A stretch of 64,000 bases of DNA from positions 200,260,001 through 200,324,000 of the forward strand of contig OX597814.1 of NCBI GenBank assembly GCA_951406725.2, read 5' to 3'. Positions 13,247 through 26,950 of this stretch are shown piece by piece (position 1 is the first letter of the stretch; every line of letters begins with the position of its first letter). The notes under the pieces were generated by a model. That model saw only the letters and a list, made by a program, of their open reading frames with translations. It had not been told where the DNA came from and made no database searches. The DNA is from Octopus vulgaris. Its lineage: Eukaryota. Made by a program: the position numbers and the translations under genes.

Positions 13247-14397
13247 GTAAGTTTCCAAGAAATTTTTTCCATTCTATTTTAAATGCCATCTATTCTTATT
13301 GTCAAAAATCCCATAATAAAATTGAAAAGAAAATTTCAGGTAGACATAATGATGAAGAAAATTGAGAAAATTTCAAATAATTTTCTTTTCAAATTTTGTG
13401 TGTTAACTTCAAGCTTGATGTGGAAGAATGTTTTTATAGTTTATCTATTTATATCTTATGCTAGATAAAGGAGTTAGAGAATTAAGCCTTATTGTGGAGG
13501 TTCACATATCTTAAGCATTTCAGTTCTTTTAAACTAGGCTTCAAAATTATTTGCCGACTTTCCTATTATATATGGAAGACTCTCCTGTCATGAAGGACAG
13601 ATGAGTTGAATGATCTGCACAGATGGTTTGTATATACAATGACCGAATGCTTGTGATGTAAAGTAGCTCACACTCTCCACCAAATCAACACTGCCCACAC
13701 AGGCGCACAGTATGCCACACATTAGATATGTCAAAATGAGAGCAGAGTAATGTGAAATAAAGAGTCTTGCTCAAGGACACAACACACCATCCAGTCCAAG
13801 GATTGAAACTAGAATCTGGCAATCATCTATGTATCACCACAACCACTAAGCTATGTGCCTTCACACTTTCTTACAACACGAATCAGACAAAGTATAAGAG
13901 TAATATTTATCCCATTTAAGGAAGAGTATGAAATATTGATGATGCTCATAATCTCAATATATTTCTAATACTCTATATGAAAAAAATAAATTTTAATTTC
14001 TAGGAGAAATTTTTATTTCCTAAACTTCATTTACAAATTCCATGTTTTATTGCTATTTTTGGTGGTCACTATAAGGATTAATAAACTGTAATATAGACAG
14101 GTTTATAGCTTTTCCATTTAATGTTACTTCCTATATCTGGGTTTCCATGCTGGTTGATTTTGAAAGACGTTTCAGTATAATAATTATTTCTGCTATAGGA
14201 ATAAGGCCAGAAATTTTGTTGGAGGGGAATGGTTGACTACACCAACCCCGAAGCCAAACTGCTATTTTATTTTATCAACCCCAAAACGATGAAAGGTGAA
14301 GGCAACCTCTGTAGGATTTGAATTCAGAACATAAAGTCAAAACAAAAACTGCTAAACATTATCTCCAGCATTCTAACAATTCTGCAAGCTCACTACC

Positions 14398-14431
<34 letters not shown>

Positions 14432-14539
14432 TGATAATAATATAAATCCCAATTCAAATGGATCAGGTGTTTGAGCACAACAAATCAGACCTAGTAGTGG
14501 TGAACAAAAGTAAACCACATACACACTATGATGTTGTCA

Positions 14540-14901
14540 GACAATTTCTGCAACCACATCATCTTTAACACCCCAGACCGCAATCCCCTCGATTATTATG
14601 TGTGAGGTGCAATTGAGCCAGAGCCCAACAAAACTCCTTGTAACATCAAAGATGAACTGACGGTAAGGATTATGGCAGCATTGACCAACTTAAACAAGGA
14701 GACCATCCAGAAGATTTGCAGGAGATTCTGATGTCATCTGGAGGCCGTGTTTGAAGCCAATGGCGATTTTGTCGAATGAATTTACTCTTTAGTATTTCAA
14801 GATATTTTTGTATAGTTTTGGTAAATATATCTTATAAAATGAGATGTCAGTGTTATTTCATTTTTGCATAATTTAGACAACAGTTTATTCACCACAACCT
14901 G
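14540..14901 (+). mobile_element. Tc1/mariner (maT/DD37D-like) 3' transposase relic with terminal repeat
   Basis: Translates PDRNPLDYYV*GAIE...ICRRF*CHLEAVFEANGDFVE*, matching the SPDLNPLDY-type motif and the typical transposase C-terminus. Confidence 0.75.
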
Positions 14902-14902
14902 G

Positions 14903-14920
14903 ATATATATATATATATAC

Positions 14921-14965
<45 letters not shown>

Positions 14966-15038
14966 CATATATACATACATACATACATATATACATACAT
15001 ACATATATATATATACACATACATACATATATATACAC

Positions 15039-15069
<31 letters not shown>

Positions 15070-15504
15070 CATACATATATACACATACATACATATATAC
15101 ACATACATACATATATATATACACATACATATATATATACACATACATATATATATACACATACATATATATATACACATACATATATATATACACATAC
15201 ATATATATATACATATATATATATATATACATACATATATATATACATATACATACATATATATATACATATACATATATACATATACATACATACATAT
15301 ATATATATACATACATATATATATATATATACATACATATATACATACATACATACATATATACATACATACATATATACATACATACATATATACATAC
15401 ATACATACATACATATATACATACATATATATATATACACATACATATATATATATATCACATACATATATATATATACATACATATATATATATACATA
15501 CATA

Positions 15505-15538
<34 letters not shown>

Positions 15539-15737
15539 CATATATATATATACATACATATACATATACATACATACATATACATACATATACATATATA
15601 TATATACATACATATACATATACATACATACATATACATACGTATATATATATATATACGTACATATACATATACATACATATACATATACATACATACA
15701 TATACATACGTATATATATATATACGTACATATACAT

Positions 15738-15776
<39 letters not shown>

Positions 15777-15799
15777 TACATATATATATACATACATAT
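14903..15799. repeat. Compound (TA)n/(TACA)n microsatellite, ~0.9 kb
   Basis: Seen directly. It explains the Y/I/H/C/V-rich ORFs in the track. Confidence 0.98.
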
Positions 15800-16031
15800 A
15801 GTGGCACATAAAAAGCACCATCCGATTGTGGCCGTTTGCCAGCCTTGTGTGGCACGTAAAATGCACCCACTACACTCGCGGAGTGGTTGGCATTAGGAAG
15901 GGCATCCAGCCGTAGAAATTTTGCTGGATCAGACTGGGCCTGGTGCAGCCTTCTGGCTTCCCAGACCCCAGTTGAACCGTCCAACCCATGCTAGCATGGA
16001 AAGCAGACGCTAAACGATGATGATAATGATG

Positions 16032-16032
<1 letters not shown>
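15800..16032 (+). mobile_element. Repeat family C (retroelement 3' end with (GAT)n tail)
   Basis: GAGTGGTTGGCATTAGGAAGGGCATCCAGC..AACCCATGCTAGCATGGAA..GATGATG. Other copies lie at ~16660-16945(-), 24660-24880(+), 39340-39540(+), 40150-40395(+), 44085-44360(-) and 49030-49225(+). Confidence 0.8.
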
Positions 16033-16087
<55 letters not shown>

Positions 16088-17034
16088 CATACATATATAT
16101 ATATATAGAGAGAGAGATAGATATGTATTTCACATTAATAAATAATTTTGCTTGACTATTTCTCAAATGAAAAACTATATATAATCCAGAATTTGTAATC
16201 CTATTGTAATGTTGAGCATTTCAGTGCCAGCCATGTGTAATCTCCTTGCCATCAAGTTAACATTCATTGAAAAAACATTTTACAAACCACCATCATCATT
16301 AAACGATGATGATGATAATATTGTTTTGCTGCAGGTTGACTGGAGGAAGCCTAATACAAAGTTTGGCTAAATGTCACAAGTTTCTCAATGAATATTCTTT
16401 ATAATTGTCTACTTAACATTCAGTAAAATAAAAAATAAGCTGCTTATAGCTATGTAGAAATGTTGTTTAGCTTATGTAGGAGTTACCCAATTTGCACTAC
16501 TTTGATGAACACCAGACAAAAATTGAATCTTTGTGTGGTACCTTTTACTCATGATTGAAACTTGGTTACTAGTAGCTAAGTACCTTTGTTATCAACACAA
16601 CGGACATGTAAATAAACAGTAAATACTGCAATGTATTAACATTATTCCACTGATATATATCATCATCATCATCGTTTAACGTCTGGTTACCATGCTGGCA
16701 TGGGCTGCAGGGTTTGACTGAGGACTGGCGAGCCAGATGGTTACACCAGGCTCCAATCTGATCTGGCAGAGTTTTTACAGCTGGATGCCCTTCCTAACAC
16801 CAACCACTCTAAGAGTGTAGTGGGTGCTTTTACGTGCCACCGGAATGAGGGCCAGTCAGGCGATACTGGCGACGACCATGCTCAAATGGTGTTTTTTAGG
16901 TGCCACCTGCACAGGAGCCAGTCCAGTGGCTCTGGCAATGACCTCAAGGACAACAAATTTCCAGCAATTTAATTTTTAGTAATTAAAAGAAATCAGAAGC
17001 ACTGTTTTAAGTGAAAAAGTACAAAGCACATCTG

Positions 17035-17078
<44 letters not shown>

Positions 17079-18996
17079 CATCATCATTGTTTGACATCCG
17101 TCTTCCATGCTAGCATAGGTGGGACTAAATATATGTATTTCTGTGTGTGTGTGTGGTTTTTTTAAGTCCAACCTTTCTCTCTAACAACAGACTAAAACAA
17201 TTATTTTTGTCCCAGTGATGTTGATAAAAACCCTTGTTATTGATCTTCCAGTAGTTTCCATCACCACTTGTCCAAAGATATACATACCTAGCAGTGATGT
17301 ATACAGGCACCACTTGTTTTTCTTGGCTCTTGTTGTATCACTCAACAGGTCTTGCAGCCTCAGCAAAACCATCAGTAACAGTTGCTTCTTAGAGCAACAA
17401 ATGGCTCACCTGGACATTTACCATCGTGGACTTCAAATTACCAGGAATTACTTGATTATATTATTTCTGCAAGTCAGGCATTTCCCAGCACTGAAATGAT
17501 GCCTCCTCCTCCTCCTAGGTGTTTTTGCTGAATAAACACTCACAATGCCCGGACTAGGAATCGAAATCACGTTCTTACGACCGCAAGTCTGCTGCCTTAA
17601 CCACTGGGCCATTGCGCCTCCACTGCCATTGTTGTTGTAGAGTGCAGTGGTTAGATTTATTGTATCAGTGCAAAGTTAGATGCTCTTCTGATTCTCAGAA
17701 CTCCTGATATTATTGATACAACTTGGGTTATTGAAACCATCATTAGAAATGCTCACAATGTCCTTATTAATCAATCTATAGTGATGAGGTGATCAACTTC
17801 TAGTTATGCTGTCACTGTGTAAAGGAAGTACATCCATTTGGGAATCACAAAGCAGTTTTAAAGTCAAGCTTAGGCTGCAGATGTACAGATATTTCAGTTA
17901 CTCTGAGGAAGAAATGACAGCCACTGCTCTTAAACAGGTTGAGGGACCTGAGAATTTCAAAGTTCTGAAAATTGTCCTAAGATCAAACTGCAAGAAAACT
18001 ATGCCAATTATCTAACCAGTTATTTCCATACAGTTCTATGGTATTTTTCTCCCAGAACAGCAATGGATGAAAATAAAAACAATCATCTTGAAACTAGTCT
18101 TTCAATTTTTTATATCTCTTTTTTTTTTTTGGTAAAATGAGAATTGGCTGTAATGTTTATATATATATATGATATAAAATTATGAATGATTATGAGTATT
18201 TGTAGATACTGTTGAAACGGCTGTAGGAATGAAGGTTTTGAAAAATCATTGATATAGTTTGTTTTCTACTTTTGCTAATATATATGTTAGTTTATAAAAT
18301 AATACAGTTAAATTTTTGTAAATCATTTTCAAAGAGCTACATCTTATTTCTTATCTATCTCAAATTATTTATATAAAATAATATATTTTTAGTTTCTGAC
18401 ACCCAAATATATACCATTCAGATACATTATAAAAGAAAAATATTTGAAAAAGAAACACAGTTGATGAGGTCAAAATAACCTACGAATTTATGAACAGATT
18501 TAGTAAACATGGAAAGAACTTTAAATATGAACTATTGTCCTACATAGCAAACAGCATTTAGAAAATTCTTCAACAAGAACTTAGTTCCTTAGGAAAATAT
18601 TAGGTTATTCTTTATTGATTCAATACTAAAAAAAAAAAAAAAGGAAGCATGAATGAAGTGTGACTATCTGCTGTGAATGTAATTAATGAATTGCTTTTAT
18701 ATAATGTGAATAAATATTGGCTTTAACAAAAAAAAATGTTTCCTTTTTACAACAATCCATTTTTCTATGTTGTAAAAGAGTTTTTCTGTTAATGTAAATA
18801 TAGATATTTCAAAAGACTGCATCCAAAAACATAGCATCCGACTTTAGTTATATGATATGATAGAGTAGCTTATTTCATATAAAACTAGCCAAGGCAATAG
18901 AATTGTTTAAGCAAAAAGCCCCAAATCATTGACATCTGGGTTAGACATGCAACACCTTAAACTTGACTTGAATTGTTTTTCTTTTTTTATTTACAG

Positions 18997-19137
18997 ATCA
19001 ATACTTCAGCACTAGATGCTTTCTTAACCTGCATGGAAGCAGGATACACAAAATACAAAAATCCATATCACAATTTACTCCATGCAGCAGATGTTGCACA
19101 TACAGTTCATTATATCTTATCAAGCAGTAAACTAACT
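18997..19137 (+). CDS. PDE1: PDE1 coding exon (YHN catalytic motif)
   Basis: ttacag acceptor and gtaagt donor. Reads INTSALDAFLTCMEAGYTKYKNPYHNLLHAADVAHTVHYILSSSKLT. Confidence 0.97.
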
Positions 19138-21338
19138 GTAAGTTAACATCAAACTTAACCATTGATCTTATTTTTTTTTTATAAAACAACTTAAAAATTT
19201 ATGATTTCAGATTAAAAGAAAAAAAAATTAAAACATCTACACCATTTCTTCAATATTTATTGCTTTTGTTGTCTGTCTTATTCTAGCTTTTGTTGAATAT
19301 GTACAAATCATGAATGGATTTATAACAAAAAAGAAAGAGAACTCAATGCCTCATGTTGAGTATATATCTTCAAATTGCTTTTGCAGTTATAAACATGCAG
19401 AAATTACCAAGGATCTTGAGTTTGATAAGTGTAACACTTGCCAAAGTCAAGTCACTATTTTATGGAAAATCTATTTGTATTAGCTTCAGTTAATGGTTAT
19501 TTCAAAAGATAAAGTAGCAATCCCGTCTGTGGGGTGTCCTGCTCTCACTTGTTTTAATACCTCAGAAACAGAGATAAGCTCTAGGCTTACAAATTGGTGG
19601 ACTCAACCAATTTTGGCTTTAATTGCACACAAACACATGTGCACACACATATGTGTGTTTTACTTATGGTTCATTATAAAATTTTATGTTGACCAGGTTT
19701 TCCTTCAGTTGAAGATTCTTTGATGACTGTACTTCTTAAATTACAGCAACAATGAAGGGTGCAGCCATGCAGTTGGCTGGAGGATAATGAGTGCTACCAC
19801 CTGTGATACACCTATCGTGTGCCCTTAACAAGTGAAGAAACAATGGAAACGATGATATTTCATTGGCATAGAAGCATGTAAACACCTAAACCACCATCAT
19901 AACAATAACCATCCCTGATACCCAAGATCCACGATCTACATAGCAGAAGATATCTACTCAATAAAGTTTGATAATGGTGTTGGGAAATGCTAACTTTCTC
20001 AGTATCACTATTATATCTGTGAAAAAGAAAAGTCCAGTGGCACAGGCAAACAAAGATAAGTGGTATCTCAAACCAGCCATAGAAGGTTGCCAGATATGCA
20101 ATGCATCTGAAACCATACCTTAAAGCTGGCCATTCCAGCTTGTTTTTCTCTCGAGGTATATTACATTACCCTTTGTCTTCATGGACTCATCCAGAAGGCA
20201 GAAGGGCAGTGTAAGTACCATCAAACACTTTCCTAGAAAACTTATCTGACACAACCTTGGGTCCATCACCTGCAGAATGGTCTTAATACATGCTTACCCA
20301 CCATATATGTTATTATGGACTATGACTAAATAGTCATGGACCTTATGCTGGGTTCAGCCATCCTTTTGAAGAGTCTTGCTTTTGCTCAGCTGTGTTTGAA
20401 ACAACCCTCCACACCAGGCTAGCCTGTTATGGGTGTGATTTCAGCTATCGATTACTGACCATGTGACAGGTTGTACTGGATTACATGTTATCAGTAGCAC
20501 TTAAAGTGACTTAACCTAATGTCTGTATGTAAGTGAAAATAATCTCAAACTTATTTGAGTAATTGTAAAATAAATTGTATAGAGAAGACATTCAGATATA
20601 GATTTAATGAGTCTTGAATCAATGTCAGAAAGAAATTGATATGCAATTTTCTTTCAACATTTCTAAATGTAAACGTCAGCTATATGCCTTTTCAGATGAA
20701 AGGTTAGCTTGCACCTTTCCCACAAGTGATCTTTGTAGCAGCTGCATGTAAAAGATAAACTAAATAAAACAGAGCTGGGATTATTCAATGTTATTACTTC
20801 TTCATAAATGGTAGTGTCGTGATATTTTATCTGATAGCTGCTACTGTGATTACCAGTGAAAAAATATATCAAGTTAACCTTCCATCATTAAGGCACACTG
20901 CTCGTGTTTTACAGTCAGAAATTTTGAAAGAAAGTTGCACATCAGTTTCTTTCTGTTTTTGGATTGTGATTTGTTAAATGTATAGCTGAAAGTCTTCTCT
21001 ATTTTATTTATTCTGAATTTATTTGAAATATGTCCAATATTATTTGTATATTTTAATGATTTAAGTTTTGCTTTAGATATTGTGTACATTGAAAACTTGT
21101 TTAAAATTAACAACAACAACAAACAAAAATATTATCATCGACGAACTCCCTAATGTTGCTCTGTTTGACATTACTAAATATTCATATAATGCTAAAGTTC
21201 CAATCCATTATTCAAAAACTTGTTTTAAATAAATTCCTAATAATAATCTATTCAAATTATACAAACGTTTAAGTACAACATCGATGATGGTATTATAACT
21301 ATCTAAATACTTAGGTTGAAGAATTTCAAAACTATGTA

Positions 21339-22216
21339 CGAAGTGTAGTCAAAAAGTATCCAACCTTTGGCCACACAACAAGTAATATCAAAAAACTCAT
21401 CATTTGGATTGAGTCTCCTTCAAAGTATTTGCCTTGGGAGTCTATACACTTTTTGCCAGCATTCTTGCCACTGCTGGAAACATTTCTGAAAATTACATTT
21501 TGGGATGCTGAAGAACTGTCGAATTTTGCTCTCTGTTGACCCAAATCTTTTCTCTGAGTGATTTTGTGAGCTTTGAAAATAACCAAAATTCACATGGAGC
21601 CAAGTGTGGGGAGTAGGAAGCCTGATGAATAAGTGATGTGTTTTGTTTGGTGAGGAATGCTTGAATGAGATGGGCAGAATGAGCGGGTGTCTGGTCATAG
21701 TGGAGTTGCCAGTTCTTTGCTGCCTACAGGTTGGGTTGTTTTCATGGTACAGCTTGATGAACGCAATAAACAACCTTTGCAATCATTTTGTCATTTCTGT
21801 TAGTCAATGGTCTGGCCACAACATGGCTCGCTGTCCACTGAAGTGCAGCCATCTTTGCACTGGCTGTACCATTCCTTTATTTGTGTTGTTCTCATACCAT
21901 CATCTCCAAAGGCATTCTGAATCTTCTCGATAGTCTGGGCTTGCATATCACCAAGTTTTGGGCAGAATTTGATACAGAAACTTTGTTCAATGTGCTTAGT
22001 CATCTTGATTCAAAAAGAAAAATTGCACAGCATGTTCTTCACGTCTGTACTCAATGCATCACTGCAGGTGAATGGCACAACCCACAGACATGAACATTTT
22101 TGTGCATGTCCAGGAAAGATGTGGCCACCTAATATCCATGCAGAGTTTGCTCATGCATTGTTATTTTGCTCAAAAAAAAAAAAAATCAAGGTTGGATACT
22201 TTCTGACTACACCTCA
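21339..22216 (-). mobile_element. Internally deleted mariner transposon with ~29-bp TIRs and TA TSD
   Basis: Left TIR CGAAGTGTAGTCAAAAAGTATCCAACCTT, right TIR AAGGTTGGATACTTTCTGACTACACCTCA, both flanked by TA. N-terminal HTH remnant IEQSFCIKFC..IKEWYSQCKDG and C-terminal FQQWQECW/KCIDSQGKYFEGD. Confidence 0.9.
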
Positions 22217-23104
22217 TACAAGTAGAAATTACTCAATTTTGAATTTCATTTCTTTCTTATGGATAACTGGCAACACTTCATTATTTCTTTCAAATTATTG
22301 CAAGATTCAAGTGTTATATTGTATAAAATTAGATATTATTTACCTTAGTGTAAATCATAACCAAAACATTGAAAATTATCTTTTTGTTTTGTTGTGTCGG
22401 AAGGAGAGTCATTCACTTGTAGTGCCTTATTATTTAACACACTCACTGATTTAATTAGTTATTTTTAGTAAAATTTCTGTTGCGTCTTGCAACTTTTTCT
22501 GTAGTCGTTGCCTCTACCTGTTATCTGAGCTGCGTTCTTTTTGTTTGTGCACGTGTGTGGGTCAGTGTGTGTATGCATACACATGTATGTTTGTAAGTGT
22601 GCATGCATGTGTGTGCATATATATGTATGTATTCATTCTGCATATTCATGTATTTCTGTTTCTGTGTGTGTGTGTTTGTTTTCATGTATGTGTACCTCTG
22701 TCTCCTTGTGTGTGCATGTTTGAGTGTTCTGTGTATGGGTTTTTGTGACTACATACTGTGTCTGTATGTATGGATGTGTGTCTCTATATGTGTCCTTGTG
22801 TGAAGTGAAGTGTGTGTGTATAATCACGTTTCTGTCTTCATTTGCATGTATTTGTGTGTCTATGTGTACTTGTCTGTTCATACTACCTACGTATCTATCC
22901 GTCTGTATGTCTATCTGTTTATATTCATATCTATTTACCTACATACATATACGTTTACATACACACACATACATCTACATAACAGCCCACTAACTATTCT
23001 ACCTGTATATATGTTTTTATATTTAAATCTATTTTGCTACAAATGATTGTTTCTTTTTTCTACAAGCTTATTACTCATGAAAGTATTCATGTTTAAATTT
23101 TCAG

Positions 23105-23205
23105 AACTGGCTTACAGACCTTGAAATCTTTGCCACAATAATAGCTGCCTTGGTTCATGATTATGAACACACTGGAACAACAAACAATTTTCACATAAAT
23201 ACAGG
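23105..23205 (+). CDS. PDE1: PDE1 coding exon (HD motif)
   Basis: tttcag acceptor and gtaact donor. Reads NWLTDLEIFATIIAALVHDYEHTGTTNNFHINTG (class I PDE signature HDxxHxGxxN). Confidence 0.97.
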
Positions 23206-25254
23206 GTAACTATAAGATTTAAAATTATATAGCTTCTTTTAACTTTATTTCAGAGAAACAACAAATTAAAAAAGCTTTTTAACTGCAGAGAACATCAACA
23301 ACTACAGTGATATGACAAACAAATATCAACATATAAACACATAATGTTACAAGTAAGAAAGCCATGTAACAGAAAACTCCAGTTACCAAACTAATAGGAT
23401 CAGTAGTTTTCTAGATTGTGTCAAAATTGCTAAATTAGTTTTAACAACTCTACAAGAAATTATTGAAAATCATCCAGAAAAACAGCTGTTATGCATCAAC
23501 ATATAACAAATAAATGTATAGTCAAATATATATTTCCTCTGTCTTCACCTTGCAGAAACTGTATCGCAAGCTCAGCATCAATGATGTCCCTAGATCAGAA
23601 GACATTCGAATTTCAAACAGAGCATTATTTGACTAATTATTTTTACCCAATAACCTGCTGCAAGTACTTCATCTGAACTGATCTAACTATACCTGATTAT
23701 GTTTCTCAATCAACATTTTTTTTTTTTTTTTTTTTGTAATTTAACATTCACTGATCAAGAAATGTTCTCAATTTTAGTCACAGCTGAAAATTATTATAAA
23801 CTGAGAGTGCCTCACCCACCACTTGCTTTCATGAACTGAATTTTAACTCAAAACTGCTACATTCACCTACATTAACTTCTTTAATCACCTGATACCGAAG
23901 TCTTGGTGAATGGCATATTCTCAATTTTTATTTTTAAGTCTGTACATTGGTGACACCTACATAAATTCTAAACCTACGATTCTTTTCAAAACCCATAATT
24001 AATAACACCAGACTTAAGGATTTTTAGAATATACATATTATTTATATAATTTTAAAGCAACGAGCTGGCAGAATCATTAGGATGTTGGACAAGCTACTTA
24101 GCAGTGTTTTATCCGTCTTTACCGTCTAAATTGAAATTCCACTGCAGTCAACTTTGCCCCTCATCCTTCCGGAATCAACAAAATAAATACCAGTTGTATA
24201 CTGGGATTGAAATAACTGACTAGCCCCTTTCCTCAAAATTTCAGGCCTTGTGCCTATAGTGGAAAGGACTATAAATTTAATTTTATATTAATACTTATAA
24301 TGCAAGGTGGTGAAGCATGATCTTCAAACATTGGGCCTCACAGAGGCAATGACAAGTGACTGAGACCTTTGGCAATATGCAGTGCTTGACAAAGTGGCGA
24401 GCTGGCAGAAACGTTAGCATGCTGGGTGAAATCCTTAGTGGTATTTTGTCTGTCTTTATGTTCTGAGTTCAAATTCTGCCGAGGTCGACTTGCCCTTTCA
24501 TCCTTTCGGCGTCGATAAATTAAGTACCAGTTGTGTACTGGGATCGATTTAATCAACTAAAAATGTCAGGCCTTGTGCTTAGAGTAGAAAGGAATATGCT
24601 GTGCTTGAGAAGACTTTTCAAGCCAAGTGAAATTGTAGTCGTGGCTGATGTCAGTGTCACATGACTAGCACCCTTGCCAGTGGCACATAAAGGTACCCAA
24701 ACTGGTGGCTCATAAAAAGTCCTCATTATGCTCTTGGAGTGGTTGGCATTAGGAAGGACATCCAGCCGTAGAAACCAAACCGAAATCAGACTAAAATTTG
24801 GTGCAGCTCTCTGGCTTACCAGTTCCAGTCAAACTGTCCAACCCATGCCAGCATGGGAAGCTGATGATGATGAGGAGGAGGATGAATGCTGTTAAGCAGA
24901 TCATGCTTATACTAATTGCCTCTCTTTTTATTCCTAATATTGTGATTATTTTTTTCTGAATTTGTTAATTTGTTTACAAAATAATATTCTAATTAACAAG
25001 TCTTATATATGGTAACATTAATTAAGAGCATGAAGGCACATGGTTTAGTGGTAAGGGTGTTGTGCTAGTAATTATAAGATTATGAGTTTGATTCCTTGTA
25101 TCATATTGTGTCCTTGAGCAAAACACTTGGTTTCACATTGCCCCAGTCCACTCAGCTGGTGAAAATGAGTTGTATCTGTAATTCAAAGGGCCAGCCTTGT
25201 CACATTCTGCGTCAAGCTGAATTTACCTGAGGACTACACTAAGGGTATGCATGT

Positions 25255-25487
25255 AAGGCAGTGAGCTGGCAGAAACGTTAGCACACCGGGTGAAATGCTT
25301 GGCAGTATTTCGTCTGCCGCTACGTTCTGAGTTCAAATTCCGCCAAGGTCGACTTTGCCTTTCATCCTTTCGGGGTCGATTAAATAAGTACCAGTTGCAC
25401 ACTGGGATCAATACAATCAACTTAATCTGTTTGTCTGTCCTTGTTTGTCCTCTTTATGTTTAGCCCCTCGTGGGTAGTAAAGAAATA
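25255..25487 (+). mobile_element. SINE family A with 11-bp TSD, nested in another SINE
   Basis: GGTATGCATGT is duplicated at 25244-25254 and 25488-25498. Confidence 0.88.
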
Positions 25488-26118
25488 GGTATGCATGTCT
25501 GTGGAATGCTCAGCCACTTACAGAAGCAGTCTCTTTTGTCGATCAGATCAACTGGAACACTCTTCGTCATGACTGACGGAGTGCCAGTTTAATTAAAAGT
25601 AACCTAATTCATCATTACCACAACTTTACTGCTTCCTGATAAATGCATTTGAAAAGAATCCCATCTCGAGGATCTAGAATTTTTCATCCATTTAATCAAT
25701 AACCAGTTAATCAGCTTTAATCCTATACAATCCTATGCAAATAACATCATTCTCCAATCCCATATCTTTTAAAAACCATTATCAGTCCATCTTAGATATT
25801 GGCAGTTACCACTAGATCCCAGTTTGTACAATCACTGAGGATCTTCCCAAAATCTCTCTACAGGGATATGTTAATATGGTAACAGAGCTTGCAATACTGA
25901 AAGGTAGAATCTGTGTATATACTGGGGTGCTGCCTTGAAGAGTTTTAGTTCAACAAATTTACTCCAATTCTATATTGAAGGGATGAGGAATTATGTACAT
26001 TATTTACATTTTACAAGTTACTGAGTTCGATTCCAGGCATTGACCATGAATAATAATAACAACAACATTAAAAAAAAAATACCATAGGAATGAGAACCCA
26101 GGTTCGAAATTTCCCCAA

Positions 26119-26164
26119 GACACCTGATGAAGGCTGGAGGGTATATCAGCCGAAATGTTGTGTT
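26119..26164 (+). ncRNA. Minimal type I hammerhead ribozyme motif
   Basis: GACAC-CUGAUGA-A-GGCUG(loop)CAGCC-GAAA-U-GUU-GUGUU. Stem I (GACAC/GUGUU), stem II and the conserved core are present. Confidence 0.72.
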
Positions 26165-26236
26165 AACAACAAACAAGATGAGGACAAGCAATAATAAATC
26201 TCTGAACGAGGTATAGACAGTAACTGCACGAAAATG

Positions 26237-26442
26237 TGAAGTATATTTGCCATCTAAATATGGCTAACCACTATGAGTGGATATTACTGTAGCTTGTAGC
26301 CCCAGGAGAACATCTTCTCCAGCTGGCTAGGGCACAGGAAGTGTGTCAACAGCCAGCTGGAGAAGATGTTCTCCTGGGGCTACAAGCTACAGTAATATCC
26401 ACTCATAGTGGTTAGCCATATTTAGATGGCAAATATACTTCA
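26237..26442. repeat. Perfect 92-bp inverted repeat with 22-bp spacer
   Basis: 26237-26328 is the exact reverse complement of 26351-26442. Confidence 0.95.
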
Positions 26443-26902
26443 AGATGAGGACAAATATCCGTCAAGTGAAAATAATGTAAATTTACTCCAGTACTTATTT
26501 TTAAAGCCTGGCATGTTGGTATCTCTTACTGAACAGCTAGATTATGAGAACATAGACAAACCAACACCAGTTGTCGAGTGATGGTGGTGAGGGTGGTGGA
26601 TACACACACACACGTCATGTTACCATCACGTGACAGACAAGGCTATCAGAAAAACAGGAACTTGCCACCAAAGAAAATCACACTCAATGGAAAGAAAAAT
26701 TGGTAGCGCTGGCAGACAGCTCCTTCAAATGCAGTCGCTGCATGCATGACTACCATCCTGTGTAGGCCTGTACAGCCACAACAGACACTGCACCACCATC
26801 AGCAGCTGACAGTTTCTTCAGGCACAGATCCATGGCCTCTTGAGACAGATGGATGCCTACTAATACACACACACACACACATTTCAGAAGATTTATAAAG
26901 AG

Positions 26903-26950
26903 GTCTTACACCTGTTTCTGGGATATTTTATATATCCCTTCATTGGAGAC
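26903..26950 (-). ncRNA. Degenerate hammerhead motif, family 2 (in repeat 26881-27020)
   Basis: GUCU-CCAAUGA-A-GGGAUAU(AUAAA)AUAUCCC-A-GAAAC-AGGU-GUA-AGAC. Confidence 0.5.

Larger units (their letters stand above)
25982..26480 (+). mobile_element. Hammerhead-SINE copy 2 (5'-truncated, short 5' inversion), interrupted by the 26188-26440 insertion
   Basis: Inverted 3'-end sequence at 25982-26010, B box at ~26023-26034 and hammerhead at 26119-26164. Confidence 0.8.

Noticed and set aside
14797-15984. Long Y/I/M/C/V-rich ORFs (also at 22541-23046, 31190-31516, 52342-54448 and 63109-63983)
   Set aside because: They are translations of TA/CA/TG microsatellites that lack stop codons by composition, not genes.
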